Below are positions 36,006 to 45,601 of a stretch of 64,000 bases of DNA, piece after piece. Below the pieces are notes generated by a model, which was not told the origin of the DNA, ran no database searches, and worked only from the letters and a program-made list of their open reading frames with translations. This DNA comes from Candidatus Nomurabacteria bacterium (GTDB lineage Bacteria > Patescibacteriota > Minisyncoccia > Phycocordibacterales > UBA9973), in the NCBI GenBank assembly GCA_023267275.1, contig JAHFNO010000005.1, positions 9,462-73,461 of the forward strand. Reading direction: 5' to 3'. Every line of letters begins with the position of its first letter. The first letter of the stretch is position 1. Position numbers and translations under genes: made by a program.

Positions 36006-36431
36006 ATGGCAAAGAAAATAACCAAAAAAGTAAAGGTGCAAATTCCCGCAGGGAAGGCGACACCAGCTCCACCACTTGGACCCGCACTCGGTCAGGCTGG
36101 AGTAAACATCGGAGATTTCGTAACAAAATTCAACGCAGCAACTTCTAAGATGATGGGTGACACCGTTGGTGTTATCATCACTGTCTACGAAGATCGCAGT
36201 TATGATTTTGTTATCAAAACTCCTCCAGTAGCCGGACTTCTCTTTAAAGCTGCAGGTATTTCGAAAGGATCAGGGAAGCCAAACACTTCAAAAGCTGGTT
36301 CAATCACAAAAGCTCAGCTCAAAGAAATTGCAGAAAAGAAACTCCCAGATCTCAATGCGAAAGACATTGAAGGTGCGATGAAAATCGTTGCCGGAAGTGC
36401 TCGACAAGCAGGAATTGAAATCAAAGGCTAG
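36006..36431 (+). CDS. rplK: 50S ribosomal protein L11
   Basis: [23 protein letters not shown]. Confidence 0.98.
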   Translation: MAKKITKKVKVQIPAGKATPAPPLGPALGQAGVNIGDFVTKFNAATSKMMGDTVGVIITVYEDRSYDFVIKTPPVAGLLFKAAGISKGSGKPNTSKAGSITKAQLKEIAEKKLPDLNAKDIEGAMKIVAGSARQAGIEIKG

Positions 36432-36466
36432 GGTCTCAAAACGCAAATCTTGTATCTCGAATCTCA

Positions 36467-36500
36467 AACACAAAAGCCACCTAATGGTGGCTTTTGTGTT
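36467..36500. terminator. Terminator after rplK
   Basis: aacacaaaagccacc-taat-ggtggcttttgtgtt. Confidence 0.8.
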
Positions 36501-36526
36501 GGTAATAAAAAAGGACAACCAATCGG

Positions 36527-36850
36527 TCATCCTGGAAAAATGATGTGCACTGAGTTGTAAAAAGGATTTGGGCAAAGCTGTATAGTTGTTGAAGAAACAA
36601 ATTGATTTCTGACATCGAAGACTGGTATCTGAATAAAAAAATCATGCAGATATTCATTGAATTCAGTCTTAGAATTTAAGCTTCCAGTTTCTGTCCAATT
36701 TTCAGCAAAAAGCGATTCCGGTATACATGAAAGATTGCATTTGTGTTCGCTGTCATATCTTTCCGCAACAAGATTTCCTGCTTTTAATTCATCTATATCA
36801 TGCCACTCCAAAAGTAATTTTAGTACTTTGTTATCAGATGCTATTTTCAT
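36527..36850 (-). CDS. Hypothetical protein
   Basis: 107-aa ATG ORF converging on the terminator. Confidence 0.5.
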   Translation of the reverse strand: MKIASDNKVLKLLLEWHDIDELKAGNLVAERYDSEHKCNLSCIPESLFAENWTETGSLNSKTEFNEYLHDFFIQIPVFDVRNQFVSSTTIQLCPNPFYNSVHIIFPG

Positions 36851-37213
36851 AAGAGGTATTTTTGCTTATTATGCGTTTTAACGAACAAAAGTCAATAAAT
36901 CTCTCGAAAGAGTGGTTTTTTGTTTGTTTCGGTGTAGTATGGAAATGAATATCTGGGTTACGCCATATCCTTGGTTCTCACAAGGGGAGTTAATTCTTGG
37001 GGATGCTGAAAGTTCCTTTTTTGTATCGGTTAAAACTCAAAAAGGTTTTTGTCTAAGGAGCCCGTTAGACGATTTTGTAAAAAAGACGCTTTTTAACTGT
37101 TCGCTTTTTTATTTAGGGTACTGAACTCTATTTCTTTTTAGCGTCACCGTGCTAAATTACAAAAGAAAAATGAGTGAAGCAGATATTTAACAGTCACAAT
37201 TTGTGACTGTTTT

Positions 37214-37750
37214 TTAAAATGAATTCTTCCACATCATTGATTCTTTTGGAAGCGCTTCTTGCTGGCTGTATTTTGCGTTTACTTTTTTGCTGTATACACG
37301 TTCCACTTCACCTTCTACTTTGTAGTAGATGAGTTGTCCTACTGGCATGCCGGCATAAATGCGAACGGGGATAGTGCATGAGAGTTCGAGTGTCCAGAAT
37401 CCGCAGAATCCAACGTCACCTTTTCCAGCAGTGGCATGAATATCGATACCAAGACGTCCGGTAGAAGATTTTCCTTCAAGAAAGGGAACATGCTTGTGTG
37501 TTTCTGTGTATTCGAGTGTTGAACCGAGGTAGAGCTGTCCTGGCTGAAGTACGTAGCCTTCTTCAGGGATTTCGAAGTGACGGATTTGGTTGTGCTTCTT
37601 TGCATCAATCATTCCATCGGTATATTGAGCGAGGTGTTTTGAGATATGCACGTCGTACGAATTGCCGCCCATATTTTTAGGGTCAAAAGGAGTAATAACG
37701 ATTTCGCTCTTTTCGATGCATTCGAGAATTTTTGTGTCAGATAAAATCAT
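37214..37750 (-). CDS. dcd: dCTP deaminase
   Basis: MILSD, SYDV, EGKSSTGRLG, AGKGDVGF. Confidence 0.93.
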   Translation of the reverse strand: MILSDTKILECIEKSEIVITPFDPKNMGGNSYDVHISKHLAQYTDGMIDAKKHNQIRHFEIPEEGYVLQPGQLYLGSTLEYTETHKHVPFLEGKSSTGRLGIDIHATAGKGDVGFCGFWTLELSCTIPVRIYAGMPVGQLIYYKVEGEVERVYSKKVNAKYSQQEALPKESMMWKNSF

Positions 37751-37832
37751 ATAATTTGGTTGTGCTGAAAGTTTCGCATATTCAATGCGTTTGTCAATTT
37801 TTTTGATGGTGAAAAAGTAATTATATATTTTC

Positions 37833-37866
37833 CAAGCATTCTTGTCCGTACGGACAAGAATGCTTG
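37833..37866. repeat. 34-bp perfect palindrome downstream of the PaaX/Cas2-like gene
   Basis: caagcattcttgtccgt|acggacaagaatgcttg. Confidence 0.9.
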
Positions 37867-37885
37867 ATGAAATGTGTATTTCAAG

Positions 37886-38353
37886 CTAAACAGAAGTAAA
37901 AAATTTTACAGAATCCTTTATTCCAAGCTTTTGAATGCGACTGAGGCATTCTTTTGGGAGTGGTCCGGGTCCTTTCCAGAGACTTCGCTGGAGCATTGTA
38001 TAGCCAAAGATTTTTAATTGATTCCGTAACCATCTGCGTGCATGTCGTTTTGTTTCTGGAATATCAAATGAGACAATTATATTTTTTGGACTTTCTTTTG
38101 TAAAAGGTGAAGAAATATATTCAAGAGGTGAGTATGGTTTTTTGTAGATTTTTCCTTTTTCTGTCAGAAACCACCCTTTGTTATTTTGGTTAATTAATTG
38201 TTTCTTTTTTAATCTGCTTAATTCTGCATATACACTTCCAGTTTTATATCTTTTAATTCTTTTTTCTCGAAGTATTCTATGAAAAACTCGAGTACTTCGA
38301 GCGCTACTAAGAAATGCAATTATATAATCACCGAGAGTGTTTCCGTCTTCCAT
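37886..38353 (-). CDS. wHTH plus Cas2-like (PaaX-family) protein
   Basis: LSRLKKKQLI..LTEKG winged helix; IVSFDIPE.KR..R..LR..L...GY..LQRSLW. Confidence 0.85.
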   Translation of the reverse strand: MEDGNTLGDYIIAFLSSARSTRVFHRILREKRIKRYKTGSVYAELSRLKKKQLINQNNKGWFLTEKGKIYKKPYSPLEYISSPFTKESPKNIIVSFDIPETKRHARRWLRNQLKIFGYTMLQRSLWKGPGPLPKECLSRIQKLGIKDSVKFFTSV

Positions 38354-38384
38354 GTATATAGTATATATCTGTACATTCCTATTC

Positions 38385-38420
38385 TCAAGCAATTTTGTCC
38401 ATACGGACAAGATTGCTTGA
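38385..38420. repeat. Second copy of the palindrome, upstream of the PaaX/Cas2-like gene
   Basis: tcaagcaattttgtcc-atac-ggacaagattgcttga. Confidence 0.9.
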
Positions 38421-38445
38421 AAGGTATTAATACAAGATATCTATA

Positions 38446-38862
38446 TTATCCACGAAAATGGTTAATCGCTTGTTGTGACATTTTGGCGATGGGCGAGGGG
38501 AGGTTTGCAAAAGTAAACCAACCAATCTCTGCGCATTTTTCCGGTTCTTGAATTGTTGGTGTGCCAGAAATTATTTTTAAATAAAAAATATTGGTCAGCC
38601 AGTGCTGTTTTTCTTGCGGAACAATATAATCGTATGAAGGAAGTTGTTTTACAATACTCGTTTCAATTCTGAGCTCTTCATGGATTTCTCGCACCACAGT
38701 AGTTTCAAGTGTCTCGCCAAAATCAACCTTGCCTCCGGGAAGAGCCCAAGCACCAGGCTCAGTGGAAACATGTGCTCCGCGCTTCATCATCAAAAATTCA
38801 TTCTTCTCGTTGAAGATGAATGCACCAACACCTACACCAATATAATCTATGCCTGGTTTCAT
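38446..38862 (-). CDS. NUDIX hydrolase
   Basis: PGGKVDFGETLETTVVREIHEE. Confidence 0.93.
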   Translation of the reverse strand: MKPGIDYIGVGVGAFIFNEKNEFLMMKRGAHVSTEPGAWALPGGKVDFGETLETTVVREIHEELRIETSIVKQLPSYDYIVPQEKQHWLTNIFYLKIISGTPTIQEPEKCAEIGWFTFANLPSPIAKMSQQAINHFRG

Positions 38863-39371
38863 TTTGTATATGTAATAAACGAATACGCGTACTGATTTTT
38901 TTCATCAGCTACATGGTTTTCTTTTGATTTCTCTTTCCAGCTCGATTCTATTTCCGGGAAAAAAGTATCAGCGGGAAGTGTTGCGTGTACTTGAGTGATA
39001 TAGAGTTTGCTTGCTCGGGAAATACTTTCTTTGTAAAGTTCGCCACCACCAATAATAAAGACCTCTGTTTCTTCTTGTTTTTCTTCAAAATGTTTTCCCT
39101 GCTCAAGTGCGGCAAGACGAAGTGCTTCATCAAGTGAATGTACAATAGCAACGCCAGGAGTGAAGTAATTTTTGTCGCGCGTTATCACAATATTTTCTCG
39201 GTCGGGGAGTGGTTTGCCGATAGATTCAAATGTTTTACGCCCCATGATAACAGTGTGTCCGCGAGTGATATCACGAAAATGCTTCATGTCGGCTGGAAGT
39301 TGCCAAAGAAGTTGATTGTCTTTGCCGAGTTCATTTTTTTCACCAATAGCTGCGATGAGCGAGATAATCAT
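38859..39371 (-). CDS. folA: Dihydrofolate reductase
   Basis: LPADMKHF, IMGRKTFESIGKPLPDR, IIGGG, DTFFP. Confidence 0.96.
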   Translation of the reverse strand: MIISLIAAIGEKNELGKDNQLLWQLPADMKHFRDITRGHTVIMGRKTFESIGKPLPDRENIVITRDKNYFTPGVAIVHSLDEALRLAALEQGKHFEEKQEETEVFIIGGGELYKESISRASKLYITQVHATLPADTFFPEIESSWKEKSKENHVADEKNQYAYSFITYTK

Positions 39372-39440
39372 AGGTGTACTATAGCAAAATTGGTTAAATA
39401 AAAAATACTGCGACAACACAGAGTGTTGTCGCTTCGCTGT

Positions 39441-40406
39441 TTATACTGCGATAGGTGCCTTGATTGCAGGATGTGGATCATAGCCAATCAATTCAAAATC
39501 TTCAATAGTGAAATCCTCCACATTTTTCTTTTCCGGATTCATTTTGAGTGTTGGAAGTGGGCGAATTTCATTGCGTCGCGCGAGCTGTGTTTTTGCTTGC
39601 TCAAGATGATTGAGATATAAATGCACATCACCTCCGGTCCACACAAATTCTCCAACGGCGAGTCCACAAACTTGCGCGATGATGTGTACGAGGAGGGCAT
39701 ATGAGGCAATGTTGAATGGCACACCAAGAAATGTGTCGCAACTGCGCTGATACAACTGGCAGGAAAGTTTTCCATCGGCGACATAGAATTGGAAGAGACA
39801 GTGACATGGAGGAAGCCCTGCCTTTGCCATTTCTGCAATATCGCCCACGTTCCAAGCAGAGACAATCATTCGACGTGAGTCTGGCGTCTTTTTAATTTGC
39901 TCAATAACTTCGGCAAGTTGATCAATATGTCGTCCGCCTTCAGCTGGCCATGAACGCCATTGATATCCATAGATGGGTCCAAGGTTTCCATACTCTTTTG
40001 CAAACGCTTCATCTGTTTTTATTTTTTCAATAAATTCTGCGAGACCTTTTGACCATTCCTCGCTGTCACTTTTTGGTACAGGAATGTTGTTTCGTGTTAA
40101 ATATGCTTTGTATGGCCATTCATCCCAAATGTGTACGTTGTTGTCGGCAAGATATTTTAGATTTGTATCGCCACGAAGAAACCAAAGCAATTCATGGACG
40201 ATCGCTTTGAAGGGAACTTTCTTTGTAGTGAGAAGAGGAAAGCCGTCTTGTAAATTGAAACGCATTTGATAGCCCAGAACACTTTTTGTGCCGGTACCAG
40301 TACGATCGGTTTTTACATTTCCATTTTGTAATAAGTGCTCGAGCAGGTCGAGGTATGATTCGTCAACATGTTTTCCTAACATGTTATCAGTATACTCGTT
40401 TTGCAT
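39441..40406 (-). CDS. thyA: Thymidylate synthase
   Basis: DRTGTGT, LPPCH, YQRSCD, PFNIASY, DVHLY. Confidence 0.98.
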   Translation of the reverse strand: MQNEYTDNMLGKHVDESYLDLLEHLLQNGNVKTDRTGTGTKSVLGYQMRFNLQDGFPLLTTKKVPFKAIVHELLWFLRGDTNLKYLADNNVHIWDEWPYKAYLTRNNIPVPKSDSEEWSKGLAEFIEKIKTDEAFAKEYGNLGPIYGYQWRSWPAEGGRHIDQLAEVIEQIKKTPDSRRMIVSAWNVGDIAEMAKAGLPPCHCLFQFYVADGKLSCQLYQRSCDTFLGVPFNIASYALLVHIIAQVCGLAVGEFVWTGGDVHLYLNHLEQAKTQLARRNEIRPLPTLKMNPEKKNVEDFTIEDFELIGYDPHPAIKAPIAV

Positions 40407-40640
40407 AATTTTTAATATTAAATTGGTTAAGAATGATATTTCTGTTACAGATTACCTTTTAACAGAGCGTTTGCAAAGTAAAATGGGGATTTGACATATC
40501 ATTATAAAAGTGCTATTCTTATGGCATCATTCTCACTAAGGACTAAACGAAGTTCTATTTTAATTTTAAGGGAGTGACGATTGTGGAATTCGCCTAGACT
40601 ACTTTGTCGTTGGTTGATCCATGACACACAAGTAATCTAT

Positions 40641-42059
40641 ATGCACACAGGTCATTCTGCGCGTCCCCAGGGCGCGAAACCTGCCCGTACGGGTGGGCGC
40701 TCATTCGGTTCATCACCAGTATCACGTTCTGGCTCAGGCTTTCGTTATACCGGTCCATCACATTCTGCTCCTCGTCCTGCGAGTAGTGGTTCTTCTGCAA
40801 AGCCAGCATTTAAATCTGGTGGTTTTCGTGGACCCGCTCCAGTAGGAGGCTCACGTTTCGGTGGAGCAAAAAAGGGTAGTGGTTTCGGAGGAGGTCGTCG
40901 TAGTACAAGCTTTGCTCGCAATCGCTCTGGTGGTGGCGGTGGAGGCAATCGCTTCGCGCAACGCATCGACTTTGCCAAGTTTGTAAAAAAAGCAGAGAAA
41001 GTCGAAGAAAAGAAATATATTCCAAAGCATGCATTTGCTGATTTTCCATTTGGCGAACAGCTTCAAAAAAATATTGCAAAGAAAGGATTTATATATCCAA
41101 CACCAATTCAAGATCAATCAATCATGACTGTGCTCGAAGGTCGTGACTTCTTCGGACTTGCAAACACTGGTACTGGAAAAACAGGCGCCTTTATTCTTCC
41201 GCTCATCGATCGTGTGAGTCGTGATAAAACACAAAAGGTTCTTATCCTTGCTCCTACACGCGAACTCGCTCAGCAAATTCAAGAAGAGTTCCGTACACTC
41301 TCTGGTTGGTTGCAGATTTTCTCCGCATCAGTTGTGGGAGGAATGCCAGTACATCGCCAGATTTCTGAAATCAAACGCGGAGTACATTTTGTTATCGGAA
41401 CTCCAGGACGTGTTACAGATCTTATTAAACAGAAAGTACTTGATCTCTCAACATACAGCACTGTTGTACTCGATGAGGCAGACCGAATGCTTGATATGGG
41501 ATTCCGTGATGATATGACATTTATCTTGGGTAAATGTTCAGCCAAGCGCCAAACACTTTTCTTCTCCGCAACGCTTTCACCTGAAATCAAAAAGATGACA
41601 GAAATGTATTTGAAGAATCCACTCTTTGTTTCTGTGGTAACAGGAAACACATCAAAGAATGTTGACCAGGATGTTATTCGTGCAAACAAAGATGACAAAC
41701 TCGACAAGCTTCATGATGTGCTTATCAAGGAAGGTTCAAACAAAGTGCTCATCTTCCGCGAAACAAAGCGCAGTGTGGACCAGCTCGAAACTGAACTCAA
41801 AACTCGTGGATTTAAAGTAGGTGCGATTCATGGAGACAAGCGTAACCGTGAACGCATGCGCACACTTGATGCATTTAAAATGAATCAAATCAGTATTCTT
41901 ATTGCGACCGACGTAGCTGCTCGTGGACTCGACATTCCAAATGTTACTCACGTAATCAACTACGATATTCCAAATGATTACGATACATATGTGCACCGCA
42001 TCGGCCGAACAGGAAGAGCAGATAAGAAAGGTATAGCTTTGACATTCATTCCTGCGTAA
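40641..42059 (+). CDS. DEAD-box RNA helicase with G/R/S-rich N-terminus
   Basis: TGTGKT, PTRELA, DEAD, SAT, HRIGRTGR. Confidence 0.96.
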   Translation: MHTGHSARPQGAKPARTGGRSFGSSPVSRSGSGFRYTGPSHSAPRPASSGSSAKPAFKSGGFRGPAPVGGSRFGGAKKGSGFGGGRRSTSFARNRSGGGGGGNRFAQRIDFAKFVKKAEKVEEKKYIPKHAFADFPFGEQLQKNIAKKGFIYPTPIQDQSIMTVLEGRDFFGLANTGTGKTGAFILPLIDRVSRDKTQKVLILAPTRELAQQIQEEFRTLSGWLQIFSASVVGGMPVHRQISEIKRGVHFVIGTPGRVTDLIKQKVLDLSTYSTVVLDEADRMLDMGFRDDMTFILGKCSAKRQTLFFSATLSPEIKKMTEMYLKNPLFVSVVTGNTSKNVDQDVIRANKDDKLDKLHDVLIKEGSNKVLIFRETKRSVDQLETELKTRGFKVGAIHGDKRNRERMRTLDAFKMNQISILIATDVAARGLDIPNVTHVINYDIPNDYDTYVHRIGRTGRADKKGIALTFIPA

Positions 42060-42183
42060 TAAATCTTACATACGACGCATTTCTTTGTTGTTTCGCTCGT
42101 TTGCTCCCGCGGAGTAGGATTACTACACCTTGGTCGCAAGCCTCGCTCGCGCCTCGAACTGCATTCGTCTGTAAAATTTATTA
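42057..42183. repeat. 89-nt dispersed element, copy C
   Basis: Core 42076-42164; 17/19 flanking inverted repeat; left flank repeated directly at 42182-42196. Confidence 0.9.
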
Positions 42184-42315
42184 ATAAATCTTACATTTTG
42201 CAAAACACCCCGGCGCCCTTTACAGGGCGCCGGGGTGTTGCATTATATATCTTTCGGGTGTAATATCTAAACAAATTTTTTTCACAACATATATTCACTT
42301 CAAAAGCTTTGATTT

Positions 42316-42843
42316 ATGCAAAGAGTATTTCTTGTACTTACAGGTACATCAGTAAGAAGGATTGCAGCATTACTGAATCCAAAATTGAATGGGATAAAAT
42401 CCATCTTTTCTTCAGACGAAGACATTGCCAGGGAAGGCATAACCGCTAGTGCGACAGCGGATGGCATAATTGATTTTATGCATATAAAACCGTCAGAGTA
42501 TTTAACGACTGCTGATCTTTGTTCTGTCGAAAGCGCAGGAACACTTATTTTAACTTCAGCAACCCCAGAAAACTTTGTAGAAAACCTCATTATTGTTGTT
42601 AATGAAGATTGTCATAAGGCTTTACCTGGGTATCTTCAGGGAATAACAGGTTTTAAAAATCTAAGTGAAGAAAAATGTTTGAGTAATCATCCTGACCACA
42701 TCGTAATAATTGATTTTCACAAGAAAACGATCGACTACCTTGGCGCCGGGAAAAAAGTTGCAGAAAAAAATCCGACAGCCACAATCAACGGCGAAGTCAC
42801 AGCAAACGATATTGTGACAGAGCCGGTGCCGGCAACGTGTTAA
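42316..42843 (+). CDS. Hypothetical protein
   Basis: 175-aa ORF followed by a terminator hairpin. Confidence 0.6.
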   Translation: MQRVFLVLTGTSVRRIAALLNPKLNGIKSIFSSDEDIAREGITASATADGIIDFMHIKPSEYLTTADLCSVESAGTLILTSATPENFVENLIIVVNEDCHKALPGYLQGITGFKNLSEEKCLSNHPDHIVIIDFHKKTIDYLGAGKKVAEKNPTATINGEVTANDIVTEPVPATC

Positions 42844-42923
42844 AAAGAGTGTGTTTTTATATATAAAAGCCGTTCCAATAGGAACGGCTTTTTTTATTAC
42901 CCGCTCGGTGCTAGAATCACGCT

Positions 42924-44225
42924 ATGAATACACATCTCGATAATAAAGTGTTTGATGCGATTGCCGGAGAGGCCAAGCGACAAGCGGAGGGTCTCGAGCT
43001 CATTCCTTCTGAAAATTATGTTTCAAAAAATGTGCTTCTTGCCAATGGTTCTATTCTCACCAATAAATATTCCGAAGGGTATCCAGGTCGTCGTTATTAC
43101 GGCGGGCAAGAATTTACTGACAAAATAGAAACACTCGCCATCGAACGCGTCTGCCAGCTTTTCAATTGTAAATTTGCCAATGTGCAACCACATTCAGGTG
43201 CGCCAGCAAACCTCGCGGTCTACTCAGCACTGCTTGAACCAGGCGATACTATTCTTGGAATGGATCTTTCTCACGGCGGACATCTTACGCACGGTCATCC
43301 AATGACACTCCCAGCAAAGATATACAAATTTGTTACCTACAAAATGAAAGATCCTGAAACAGGGGAGATCGATTATGACAATCTTCGCGCGATGGCACTC
43401 GAACACAAACCGAAAATAATTCTTGCGGGATTTTCTGCATACTCACGATCACTCGATTACAAAAAATTTGTAGAGATTGCAAAGGAAGTGGGTGCAATCA
43501 CTGTCGCCGATATGGCGCACATTGCTGGACTCATTGCGGGCAAAGCATTGCGCAATCCATTCGACGATGGTTTCGATGTGATTACGAGTACTACACACAA
43601 AACACTCCGTGGTCCGCGTGGAGGAATTATTCTTACACGCGAGAGTGAAGAGATTGCAAAGAAAATAGACAAGGCAATTTTCCCAGGAATTCAAGGTGGT
43701 CCACACATGCATACTATCGCAGCAAAAGCTGTGGCATTCGGTGAAGCCATGACACCTGCATATCAAGAATACTGTCAGCAAGTTTTGAAAAATGCGAAAG
43801 CAATGGAAGCAGTTTTTCATCGTGAAAAAATTCGCATGATTGGTGGCGGTACTGACAATCATCTTATTCTCGCCGATGTGTTTGGCTCACTTGGCGTGAC
43901 AGGCAAAGAAGCACAGACCGTGCTTGATGAAGTGGGAATTACACTCAACATGAATTCGATTGCAGGGGACACTCGTAAACCGCTTGATCCGTCAGGAATT
44001 CGTTTTGGCACACCAGCAATCACGACGCGTGGATTTAAGGAGGCAGATTGTGCTCGCGTTGCCGAATTGCTCATTGAAACTTTGCGCAATAAAGCTAATT
44101 CGCTGAAAGCGAACGCTCGACCCGACGAGGACGGGTTTAGAGATGACGAAGCAAAGAAAAAAATAATCAAAGCAGAAATTCAAGCACTCGCAGAACAATT
44201 TCCAATACCAGAGAGTTTTGTATAA
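42924..44225 (+). CDS. glyA: Serine hydroxymethyltransferase (with 16-aa insertion)
   Basis: LIPSENY, NVQPHSG, GGHLTHG, TTHKTLRGPRGG. Confidence 0.98.
   Translation: MNTHLDNKVFDAIAGEAKRQAEGLELIPSENYVSKNVLLANGSILTNKYSEGYPGRRYYGGQEFTDKIETLAIERVCQLFNCKFANVQPHSGAPANLAVYSALLEPGDTILGMDLSHGGHLTHGHPMTLPAKIYKFVTYKMKDPETGEIDYDNLRAMALEHKPKIILAGFSAYSRSLDYKKFVEIAKEVGAITVADMAHIAGLIAGKALRNPFDDGFDVITSTTHKTLRGPRGGIILTRESEEIAKKIDKAIFPGIQGGPHMHTIAAKAVAFGEAMTPAYQEYCQQVLKNAKAMEAVFHREKIRMIGGGTDNHLILADVFGSLGVTGKEAQTVLDEVGITLNMNSIAGDTRKPLDPSGIRFGTPAITTRGFKEADCARVAELLIETLRNKANSLKANARPDEDGFRDDEAKKKIIKAEIQALAEQFPIPESFV
44094..44141 (+). mobile_element. 48-nt in-frame double-hairpin insertion in glyA
   Basis: 33/48 nt identical to 53130-53177 in ileS. 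Confidence 0.75.
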
Positions 44226-44240
44226 TTAATTTATAAAAAT

Positions 44241-44525
44241 ATGGAAAACCAAGAAAAAACATATCAGTCAAACCTAAAAGAAAAATATGCTTCGAAATTG
44301 GACTCAAATTCGTTTATTAGGGTAGGAGATTTTGCGAATCAGGAATTGGGGAGACAGGCAAAAAATATCGCGAGTTTGCTTGATGGAGAAGAAGGAATGT
44401 CTCCGGATTATAATTTTGGCGAAGGTTTGAGATATACGGGTAAGTCCGGCAACTATACTGATATGAAAATCCATATTGATGATCTTCCAGAATTTATTGC
44501 TCGGGTAAAAAAGCATTATTATTGA
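44241..44525 (+). CDS. Hypothetical protein
   Basis: 94-aa ATG ORF. Confidence 0.6.
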   Translation: MENQEKTYQSNLKEKYASKLDSNSFIRVGDFANQELGRQAKNIASLLDGEEGMSPDYNFGEGLRYTGKSGNYTDMKIHIDDLPEFIARVKKHYY

Positions 44526-44572
44526 GAATAAACTCTTGACATAGGTGATACACTTTTGATACACTCAAATAT

Positions 44573-44794
44573 ATGGCTACAATAAAAAAACGTATCAATA
44601 TAACACTTTCAGCAGATATGGAAACGGCTATTACCCAGATAGCCAAACGTGATCGAGTACCTGAGGCGACCAAAGCCGCTGAACTTATTGAAAAGGCACT
44701 GATGATTGAGGAAGATGTAATTTGGGATCGTCTCGCCGAAGCTCGGCTTAAAAATACAAAGAAATGGCTTACCCATAAGCAAGTATGGGGATAA
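44573..44794 (+). CDS. Ribbon-helix-helix antitoxin
   Basis: KKRINITL N-terminus, W.THKQVW C-terminus; directly upstream of the RelE-like gene. Confidence 0.8.
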   Translation: MATIKKRINITLSADMETAITQIAKRDRVPEATKAAELIEKALMIEEDVIWDRLAEARLKNTKKWLTHKQVWG

Positions 44795-44797
44795 TAT

Positions 44798-45067
44798 ATG
44801 TTTCGGATACAATATCATGACAAAATTCCGAATGATGTATCTCGACTCAGGACTATCGAGCGTAAAAGAGCGCAACGAGCTATTGAAGAAAAACTCATGA
44901 TTGATCCGGTTATGTTTAGTAAGCCTCTTTCGAGTTCACTTCGAGGTTTTCGAAGTCATAGGATTGGAGATCATAGAATTGTATTTTTGATACGAAAAAA
45001 AGAAATTTTTATCGTAATAATTGCACACCACTCTATTGTGTATTCGCTTGCTGAAAAAAGAATATAA
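44798..45067 (+). CDS. RelE/ParE-family toxin
   Basis: KPL...LRGFRSHRIGDHRIVF. Confidence 0.85.
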   Translation: MFRIQYHDKIPNDVSRLRTIERKRAQRAIEEKLMIDPVMFSKPLSSSLRGFRSHRIGDHRIVFLIRKKEIFIVIIAHHSIVYSLAEKRI

Positions 45068-45070
45068 ACC

Positions 45071-45451
45071 ATGAAAATATTTTTCTCACACAGAATGTTA
45101 CGGAACGAACAATCTACTCACCTATATGAGGAGATTGTTTCGCTGCTTGCTGAATATGGCGAAGTGTTGACTGAAACAACGAATGAAGGAATTGAACTAG
45201 GATACATATATGAACGCGATACCGACTGGGTGCGTGAGGCAGATGTTGTGGTTGCTGAAGTAACTACTCCAAGCCTTGGGGTAGGGTACGAGATTGGGCT
45301 TGCCGAATCACTCGAAAAGCGCATTCTCTGCATTTATCGAGAACAGGAAGACCGACAGCTTTCGGCAATGATTGCAGGCAATCGACATCTTTCTATTGCT
45401 GAATACGAATCGGTGGACGATATCGAGGCAATATTCAAGGATTTCTTTTAA
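45071..45451 (+). CDS. Nucleoside 2-deoxyribosyltransferase / DNPH1-like N-glycosidase
   Basis: IYERD..W...ADVVVAEVTTPSLGVGYEIG, LSAMIAG. Confidence 0.88.
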   Translation: MKIFFSHRMLRNEQSTHLYEEIVSLLAEYGEVLTETTNEGIELGYIYERDTDWVREADVVVAEVTTPSLGVGYEIGLAESLEKRILCIYREQEDRQLSAMIAGNRHLSIAEYESVDDIEAIFKDFF

Positions 45452-45468
45452 TCCTTTTTCTTTTTTGG

Positions 45469-45570
45469 GTCATCCTGAATTTATTTCAGGATCTACTTTT
45501 TTGTATTAGTTTTTCGTGGATTCCGGATCATGCTCCAAGAGTCATTCTGCTGAATGAAGTTCGGAATGAC
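45469..45570. repeat. REP-like element (family A) with nested 27-nt insertion
   Basis: gtcatcctgaatttatttcaggatc...ggattccggatca[insert]agttcggaatgac. Confidence 0.8.
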
Positions 45571-45601
45571 AATACGGGGAATAACATGCTAAAGTGACAG
45601 A

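Noticed and set aside
37833-38420. CRISPR-Cas locus
   Set aside because: Only two repeats, separated by a whole gene; no spacers, cas1 or effector genes
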